Below are positions 58,061 to 64,000 of a DNA stretch of 64,000 nt, one piece after another. The DNA comes from an uncultured Desulfarculus sp. (GTDB taxonomy: Bacteria; Desulfobacterota; Desulfarculia; Desulfarculales; Desulfarculaceae). The number at the start of each line of letters is the position of its first letter. The stretch's first letter is position 1. A model generated the notes under the pieces. That model was not told where the DNA came from. It ran no database searches and was given only the letters and a program-made list of their open reading frames with translations. A program made the position numbers and the translations under genes. The stretch is from positions 1,792,001 through 1,856,000 of the forward strand of contig CAXXUK010000001.1 of assembly GCA_963665125.2 (NCBI GenBank), in the 5' to 3' direction.

Positions 58061-58829
58061 CGCCGATATTGGCGTCGCGCACGGCCACGCCGTGCCGGGC
58101 CAAATAGCGTTTGGCCTCCAGCGGCGTCTGCTGGGTGAAGTGGAAGATGCTGGCCGCCGCGCAGGCCGACGCTCCGGCTGTGGTCAGGGCCTGATAGAAA
58201 TCCTCATATCCGCCGGCGCCGCCCGAGGCGATGACCGGCACGGGCACCGCCCGGCTGACCATGCCGATAAGCTCGAGGTCATAGCCCTCCATGGTGCCGT
58301 CGCATTCGATGTTGGTGATGAGGATTTCCCCTGCGCCGCGTTCAACCATGGTCCGGGCCCAATCCACCGGGCTGACGCCCCGATCCACCGTGCCGCAATC
58401 GCTGAAGCAGGAATAAGAGCCGTCGGGCAGACGACGGGTGTCGATACACGCTACCAGGCACTGAGCCCCGAAACGGTCCGCCGCCTTTTGGATCATTGCC
58501 GGATCGTCGTAGGCCGCGGTGTTGATGCATACTTTGTCCGCGCCGGCCAGCAGCAGCAGGCGGATGTCCTCCACCGAAGCGATGCCGCCGCCGATGGTCA
58601 GAGGCGCGAAGCACTCCGAGGCGTACAGTTCCACCTCGTCCAGGGGCGGTATGCGGCCCTGCCTGGTGGCCGTGATGTCCAGCAGGATCAGTTCATCCAC
58701 CTCGCGGATGTTGTAGACCTTGATGGAAGGCAACACCGAGCCCACCCGACGGCTGCTGTCAAAGCCCCGGCCCTTGACCAGGCCGACATCCTTCCAGAGC
58801 ATTGTCGGTATGATGCGGTGTTTGAGCAA
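58050..58829 (-). CDS. HisF-like cyclase subunit (WbuZ/AglZ-like), copy B
   Basis: RIIP..LVKG, DELILLDI, PLTIGGGI, GAGEILIT..DGT..GYD, PVIASGGAG; TTG start after GAGGA. Confidence 0.92.
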   Translation of the reverse strand: MLKHRIIPTMLWKDVGLVKGRGFDSSRRVGSVLPSIKVYNIREVDELILLDITATRQGRIPPLDEVELYASECFAPLTIGGGIASVEDIRLLLLAGADKVCINTAAYDDPAMIQKAADRFGAQCLVACIDTRRLPDGSYSCFSDCGTVDRGVSPVDWARTMVERGAGEILITNIECDGTMEGYDLELIGMVSRAVPVPVIASGGAGGYEDFYQALTTAGASACAAASIFHFTQQTPLEAKRYLARHGVAVRDANIGAIS

Positions 58830-58837
58830 CGTGTTCC

Positions 58838-59452
58838 TCACATGGACAGAAAGTTGGCCAATATCTTCAGGCCGTGTTTCTGGCTCTTTTCCGGATGAAA
58901 TTGCAGGCCGACGATGTTGCCCCGCCGCACCGCCGAGACAAATCCGCCGCAATAGGGGGTGGTGCCGATGACGTCTTCATCGCGTGCCGCCGCGAAATGG
59001 TAAGAATGCACGAAATACAAGTCGGTTCCCTGGGGCACGCCTTGCCATAGCGCGCTTTGGCCCTGTTGACGCAGTTCGTTCCAGCCGATGTGCGGGATGC
59101 GCTCATGGGCGTTGCCGGTCTCCAGGCGCACCACCTCGCCGGGCACCAGGCCCAGGCCCCTGGTCAAGCCGCCCTCGGTGCCGCTGTCGGCTAACAACTG
59201 CATGCCCAGACAAATGCCCAAAAGGGGCACGCCAACATCCTTGGCCGCGTGCTCCAGGGCATGGTCCCATCCCGCGGCTGCCAGGTTTTGCATGCCCTGG
59301 GCAAAGGAGCCCACCCCGGGCAGAATGATGTGGCTGGCGCGGCCGGCCTCGACCGGGTCGGCGGAAACCAACGCACTGTGCCCGCACTCCTCCACGGCCC
59401 GGCGCACCGAGCCCAGGTTGCCCATGCCGTAATCAACCAGTAGAACGCTCAT
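58838..59452 (-). CDS. HisH-like glutaminase, copy B
   Basis: VDYGMGN, LPGVG, GICLGMQ, PHIGWN, YFVHSY, QFHPEKS. Confidence 0.94.
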   Translation of the reverse strand: MSVLLVDYGMGNLGSVRRAVEECGHSALVSADPVEAGRASHIILPGVGSFAQGMQNLAAAGWDHALEHAAKDVGVPLLGICLGMQLLADSGTEGGLTRGLGLVPGEVVRLETGNAHERIPHIGWNELRQQGQSALWQGVPQGTDLYFVHSYHFAAARDEDVIGTTPYCGGFVSAVRRGNIVGLQFHPEKSQKHGLKILANFLSM

Positions 59453-60597
59453 TGGTTGTCGTAGGCCAGTTTGGTCAGGTTGCCGTCTCTATCCTTGACC
59501 AAATTACCCCTGGCGTCGGTCTTGAACAGCCGCTTGTTGGTGAACCGGTCGCACACGGCGATGAATTCGTCGACTGTCATATCCAGGGGCGCCAGAATCT
59601 CTTTGAGGGGCTTGCCCAGATAGGTCCAGGGAAACTTGCCGTCGTGGATGCGGATCAAATCCATGCCGTCCTGGCGGGTCATGCGGCCTCGCCGGATATG
59701 CATGCTGGCCAGATCGCTGGCCCGGCCGAACCCGAATTTCAGGAACTTGAAATAATCATGGATGCCGGTTTGGTGGTTGTCCAGGTTCTCGTAATTGATC
59801 AAAGAGCCTTCCACGGTGGTGGGCAGGGTTCGGAATCCGTTGGCCTGGGCGATGAGGGCGTTGGTGTAGCCGTCCCAGGGCAGATAATAGCCCAAAAAGA
59901 TGCCCGTGACGCCGGCACGGGCCAGTTCCTGGTCATCGGGATAGGTGAAGGGGATCATATCCCTGGCCTGAAGCCCCTCCAACCCGATGAGATCGGAAAC
60001 CCGCAGGCCCAGCAGCCCTCCGAACTCCTCCAGCCACCGGCGGTCCAGGACATTGTTTTCGGCTGCGGCGGCGGGTCCACCGTATTCGTGCTGGGAGTTT
60101 TCACCCCAGACGATCAGCGGCACATTGTACTTGGCCGCAACGTTGACCGGTATGGTGAAGATGCCCACGTGCTCGGGCCAGGAGATGTCGCCGACCATGG
60201 TCAGACCGATGCGGTTGAGCTTGTGCCTCACCCTGGGGTTGGTGGTCACCTCAATGTAATCGACGCCCAGCCCCTTGAGGTTTTCGATGTTGGCGCGGCC
60301 CAACTCGGAAAGGTCGCATGTGGTGGAAGTCACGCACAAGGGATTCAAGCCAAGTTGCAGACAGCGGATCACCTGGAAGTGGCTGTCCTTGCCGCCGCTG
60401 ACCGGGATCACGCAGTCCCAGTTGGAGCCGTCCCTGCTGCGATAGCGGTCCAGAATCTCCAGCAATTCGACATGCCGCCGCTGCCAGTCGATCTCCCGGC
60501 GGTTTTCATAATTGCGGCAGGCGTTGCACACGCCCTGGTCATCCAGGATCAGGTCCGGCTTGGTGTCGGGCATTACGCATCTGGCACAGTATCTCAT
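59449..60597 (-). CDS. N-acetyl-sugar amidotransferase (PseA/WbuX family), copy B
   Basis: YCARCVMPDTKP..CNAC, DCVIPVSGGKDS, WGEN..EYGG, HDYFKFLKFGFGRA. Confidence 0.94.
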   Translation of the reverse strand: MRYCARCVMPDTKPDLILDDQGVCNACRNYENRREIDWQRRHVELLEILDRYRSRDGSNWDCVIPVSGGKDSHFQVIRCLQLGLNPLCVTSTTCDLSELGRANIENLKGLGVDYIEVTTNPRVRHKLNRIGLTMVGDISWPEHVGIFTIPVNVAAKYNVPLIVWGENSQHEYGGPAAAAENNVLDRRWLEEFGGLLGLRVSDLIGLEGLQARDMIPFTYPDDQELARAGVTGIFLGYYLPWDGYTNALIAQANGFRTLPTTVEGSLINYENLDNHQTGIHDYFKFLKFGFGRASDLASMHIRRGRMTRQDGMDLIRIHDGKFPWTYLGKPLKEILAPLDMTVDEFIAVCDRFTNKRLFKTDARGNLVKDRDGNLTKLAYDNQ

Positions 60598-60662
60598 TTG
60601 GTATCAACCAGTTCGCATTTCGCGGCGTAAAAACGATTCGTCTTGGCGAACCGTCGATTATT

Positions 60663-61928
60663 TCAGGACAAAATCGAGTCTATCACGTCCACCGTACGCT
60701 TGGAAGCCTTGCCGTCCACCAAATGATAAAGCAGCCGACGATGGTAATCAGAATCGTCGGAATGGGCGATCTCCCCGGTGTTTTCCAGGGCCCTCATCAG
60801 TTTATCCTCCAACTCGTCCAGGTTCCAGGCCAGGCGGCAGAACTTGTCCGCGTTGTTGTGGATGGGCGTGATATTGCCCTGGGGGTCGGCCTCCACCGCA
60901 GTGGGCGAACACAGCAGGATCAGGTCCAGGCCCAAGGCCAGACCTTCGCAAACCAGGTTGGAGTACGGCGAAATCAGGATCTCGGAGGCCTTGAGCAAAT
61001 CCACCGGAAGCATGTGCTCGAACTGAATGACCCTATGGGGCACACCGCCGCCGAACCGGTCGGCAGCGGCCTGATGCAGTTGCCGCGATTCCGGGCTGCA
61101 CTCGGGATGCAGCTTGACGATGAGTTGCACGTCGGCATAGCGGCCCAGAACGGTCAGAACCCGCTCCAGTTCGGGCGTGGCATCGCTGCCGCCCACGCCG
61201 AAGACAACCGTGCGCCGTGCGTGATCAAGACCCAGGCCGCTCAACAGATCATCACGGGAATATTCGGGCCCGAAGCAATGATCCAGGTGGGGCGCGCCGG
61301 TGATGTGCAGACGCGAAGGGTCGTAACCCTCGGCGATATGCATGTCATAGGTCTTCTGGCCCCACAGGCACAGATGTTTGGCTACCCTGCTGCTTCGCAG
61401 GAATTTCCAGGTCCCGTATTGCAAGGTCATTGTGGGCACGCCCATGCCGTTGGCTGCCATCACGAAATAACGCCTGGGGCCGCCGAAGTCGTAGCCGGTC
61501 AGGACCAGAGCCGGTTTGACGGCCGCGATCACCTTTTCGGCCCAGGACATGAACTTGGCCTTGACCATGTTGTCTTGCAGGATCATCCCAGCCACGTACT
61601 TCATCAGGGGCACGCCGCGGTAGTTGATGGCCAGCACCTCGGGTGAGGCGTTTATGGCATCCAGATAGTCTTTTTTATAGTCCTCGATCATCGCGTTGAG
61701 CTGAGGCTCGAACTTGGTCAAGCCCACCGACTCCGGAGTGATTACCTTCATCTTGCTGTCGTTTAGCAGCCCGGCAAAGGCCTTTTGGCTGTTGGGGTTG
61801 GTGCCCGTAGCCCGCAGACTGGTGAACACTATGGGGTCATAGCCGCCGTGGCGCTCCAACTCCTTGACCACAGGAATGACTCTGGTGGCGATGTTGATGG
61901 ATTCCAGATTTACCAATATCTTGCGCAT
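60663..61928 (-). CDS. GT-B-fold protein, candidate nonulosonate/polysaccharide transferase
   Basis: LQYG, LWG, ITGAP..D, VKLHP, SNLVCEGLALG, DGKASKR pattern. Confidence 0.7.
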   Translation of the reverse strand: MRKILVNLESINIATRVIPVVKELERHGGYDPIVFTSLRATGTNPNSQKAFAGLLNDSKMKVITPESVGLTKFEPQLNAMIEDYKKDYLDAINASPEVLAINYRGVPLMKYVAGMILQDNMVKAKFMSWAEKVIAAVKPALVLTGYDFGGPRRYFVMAANGMGVPTMTLQYGTWKFLRSSRVAKHLCLWGQKTYDMHIAEGYDPSRLHITGAPHLDHCFGPEYSRDDLLSGLGLDHARRTVVFGVGGSDATPELERVLTVLGRYADVQLIVKLHPECSPESRQLHQAAADRFGGGVPHRVIQFEHMLPVDLLKASEILISPYSNLVCEGLALGLDLILLCSPTAVEADPQGNITPIHNNADKFCRLAWNLDELEDKLMRALENTGEIAHSDDSDYHRRLLYHLVDGKASKRTVDVIDSILS

Positions 61929-61941
61929 GTCGGCTTGCCCC

Positions 61942-63735
61942 CTAACCTTGGCCCGCGGCTTTTTGTTCGCGTAGCACCTTCACTTCGAAACCCATGTTTT
62001 TGGCAATATCCTGTATCACGGTGCTGACAGGCGTGACCTGGGGCGACCCGTTTTCCAGGGAGATGACCCTGTCTGGCCGGTATTGCTCCAGCATGTCGTA
62101 AAGGATGTCTATCAATTTGAGATAAGAAAAGCCTACGCCGTGAGCCTGATTGAACTCCTCTTCGGAATACATGTCCAAATTGCCGAACCGGCGGACCTTG
62201 GGCAGGTCCATCAGCGGTTTGAACAACTTTTGAAACTGGTCGTAGTGCGTTTTCCGGTCCGGGTAGACCACGCCCCAGTCGTGCTTCTGCAGCCAAAAAG
62301 TCTGCCCCACGTCGTCCGGTCCCATGGTGTTGGCCGTTCCACGGCGGATCTTTTCCATCAGGCCCTTGTCGACGCTGCCGACCACCACCTGTCCCGGTTC
62401 CTTGACCAGGGCCTCCAGCAGGCCGCTATAATCCACGTCCGCGTTCACCAGCAGTAAAGTCCGTTTGCCGTCTTCCACGGCGGCCTGTGTCGATGCGGCG
62501 GGTTGGTCCTGGGCGGCTGCGGGGCCGTTCAGGCCGAGTACGCGGTAATACAGTGCCTCAAGATTGCCGATGCCCGCGGCGATTTCCGCCGGATCATCGC
62601 CAAGAATAATGGATGGCCCGTCGACGCCGTAAAGCATCTTGGCCTCTTCCATCTGTGGCGCGGATATATACACCCGGCCGTGGGCGCCGCGGTTGGCAAG
62701 ACCCTCGAAGTATTTGATCGACTTGTCGTCAGGTTTGGATTGGCTGTTCAGGCCGTGGCTGTCGTGAATCACCTTGGCTTTGCCCACCAGGGCGGCGCAC
62801 GAAAAAACATCCGCCGTGCTTTGGCAGTGGATGATGTCAAAGCCGTCCGATACGTTCCAAAGGTGCTGATAATCGGCCATGACAAACGCGGCGGCAAAAT
62901 GGGCCGACATTGCTCCCGCAGGCAGGAGGTCTTTAATGGGGTGGCGATGGCCAAGGTTCACCTCATGCCCAAGGGCGGTCAAAGCTCGGGCCATGGCGAA
63001 CAACCGCTCGTCGGGCTTTTCCCGGACAAACAAGATCCGCAGCCTTAATCGCCCAATATCCGGGGCCGCCGCCGTTCCCTCGGTCTCCTCGACGGCCCGG
63101 GACGGGGCGGACGCCGTTTCCTCCGACGTTGCCTCCGGGTCCGCACAACCACGGCTGCCGGAGATGACGAACAAGTCATCGTCCACGGCCAACAGAGCCT
63201 GGGGGTTATGATGCGTGGTGACCGCCTCGGCGCGGGCCGGGCCGCGTGATGGTCCGTCCGCCGGCCCGTTGGAGGCTGCGGGCCATGTAAAATTTTCCTT
63301 GTCCGGCCTTGACTGAACCATTTTCTCGGCGCATGCTGCATTTTTTTCCGGCCGGTCGGGGCCGGCATCGGCTGTTTGCATCCCGTCCACTTTTGTCATG
63401 GAGGCTTGGCCGGTCCAACCTAGTTCCAGAGCCAAGCTGTAATGGGACTCCGCCTTCTGGTGTTCGCCGGCGGCCTCCAGAGCCGCGGCCAAGGCTGCCT
63501 GGGCCTGGGCCATGTTCGGCTTGAGCCTTATCAATCGCTGCAAGCATTCAACCGCTGCGTCAAATTCCCGTCGCTGAGTCAGCAAAAGACCCAATTTTTC
63601 CAATAAACGATAATCAACATTTTTTTCAGCCGCTTGCCCTTGCAGAAGACTTACCGCCCGATCTGAAGCGCCTTGGGCGACGAGGGCTTCCACCTCGGCC
63701 AGAACATCATCGGAAATTTGTTTACTTACAGCCAT
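61942..63735 (-). CDS. TPR protein with a partial glycosyltransferase-like domain
   Basis: N-terminal TPR, low-complexity linker, RILFV..DIIHC..VIHDSH; start placed at MAVSK. Confidence 0.65.
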   Translation of the reverse strand: MAVSKQISDDVLAEVEALVAQGASDRAVSLLQGQAAEKNVDYRLLEKLGLLLTQRREFDAAVECLQRLIRLKPNMAQAQAALAAALEAAGEHQKAESHYSLALELGWTGQASMTKVDGMQTADAGPDRPEKNAACAEKMVQSRPDKENFTWPAASNGPADGPSRGPARAEAVTTHHNPQALLAVDDDLFVISGSRGCADPEATSEETASAPSRAVEETEGTAAAPDIGRLRLRILFVREKPDERLFAMARALTALGHEVNLGHRHPIKDLLPAGAMSAHFAAAFVMADYQHLWNVSDGFDIIHCQSTADVFSCAALVGKAKVIHDSHGLNSQSKPDDKSIKYFEGLANRGAHGRVYISAPQMEEAKMLYGVDGPSIILGDDPAEIAAGIGNLEALYYRVLGLNGPAAAQDQPAASTQAAVEDGKRTLLLVNADVDYSGLLEALVKEPGQVVVGSVDKGLMEKIRRGTANTMGPDDVGQTFWLQKHDWGVVYPDRKTHYDQFQKLFKPLMDLPKVRRFGNLDMYSEEEFNQAHGVGFSYLKLIDILYDMLEQYRPDRVISLENGSPQVTPVSTVIQDIAKNMGFEVKVLREQKAAGQG

Positions 63736-63853
63736 GCTTACATCCTTGTAGCAAAAAAATATCACTCATTGGCGGACAGGCTTTACGTGGCCGCGATATG
63801 GCGCGGCCACGGATTATGCTACGACGGTTCAACCGCCCGCCGCCAAATAACTA

Positions 63854-63869
63854 TGCAATTTATATGCCG
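63854..63869 (-). promoter_or_regulatory. sigma54 promoter (leftward operon)
   Basis: CGGCATATAAATTGCA on the minus strand, GG-N10-GC. Confidence 0.75.
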
Positions 63870-63898
63870 CATCAAAGGACAGTAGCAGTCGGGGTCAT

Positions 63899-63914
63899 TG
63901 GCACGTGTATTGCT
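63899..63914 (+). promoter_or_regulatory. sigma54 promoter (rightward)
   Basis: TGGCACGTGTATTGCT, near-consensus. Confidence 0.88.
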
Positions 63915-63974
63915 TCATCGAAAGTCGTTAATGGCTATTATCGGCTGGTTTGAGATATTCGTGGAGGTGGCGCA

Positions 63975-64000
63975 ATGCCCAAGAGCAAAAAGAGAATTAA
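63975..64000 (+). CDS. Start of an unidentified gene (truncated by window edge)
   Basis: GGAGG then ATG CCC AAG AGC.. downstream of a sigma54 promoter. Confidence 0.55.

Noticed and set aside
47220..59452. hisH/hisF as histidine biosynthesis genes
   Set aside because: Each pair is coupled to an N-acetyl-sugar amidotransferase and no other his genes are present; they are glycan-amidination paralogs.
1..64000. CRISPR arrays, transposases, integrases, invertible elements, rRNA or tRNA
   Set aside because: None recognised; the only large repeats are the flagellin units.

Overview
GC-rich bacterial window, most likely a sulfate-reducing deltaproteobacterium (inferred from gene order such as flgJ-M23, csrA-fliW, flgM plus a DVU0524-like gene; taxonomy cannot be proven from sequence alone). 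The whole window is a flagellar locus with a flagellin-glycosylation island. (1) 1-11.7 kb: fliK C-terminus, a FlhB-tail protein, flgFGAHIJNKL-csrA-fliW, and flgM. (2) 12.5-22.8 kb: a sigma54-driven glycosyltransferase/Maf operon. (3) fliS-fliD and a GT2-TPR-phosphodiesterase-like fusion. (4) 29.1-40.7 kb: six tandem flagellin genes, each with its own sigma28 promoter, a long structured GGA-rich leader and a terminator. (5) 40.9-64 kb: nonulosonic-acid (pseudaminic-like) biosynthesis and tailoring genes: pseB, pseC, pseF, pseI-like, a second NeuB/NeuA pair, two amidotransferase-HisH-HisF triads, carbamoyltransferase, methylase, radical SAM, NUDIX and HAD. The most notable observations are multi-hairpin CsrA-type leaders on all six flagellins, with similar sites on glycan-pathway genes; patchwork gene conversion across the flagellin array; a Pse pathway with no pseG in the window but a NUDIX/HAD pair; and a shared candidate enhancer-IHF-sigma54 promoter architecture. 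No rRNA, tRNA, CRISPR or mobile element was seen. All product calls come from motif recognition by eye, without database searches.
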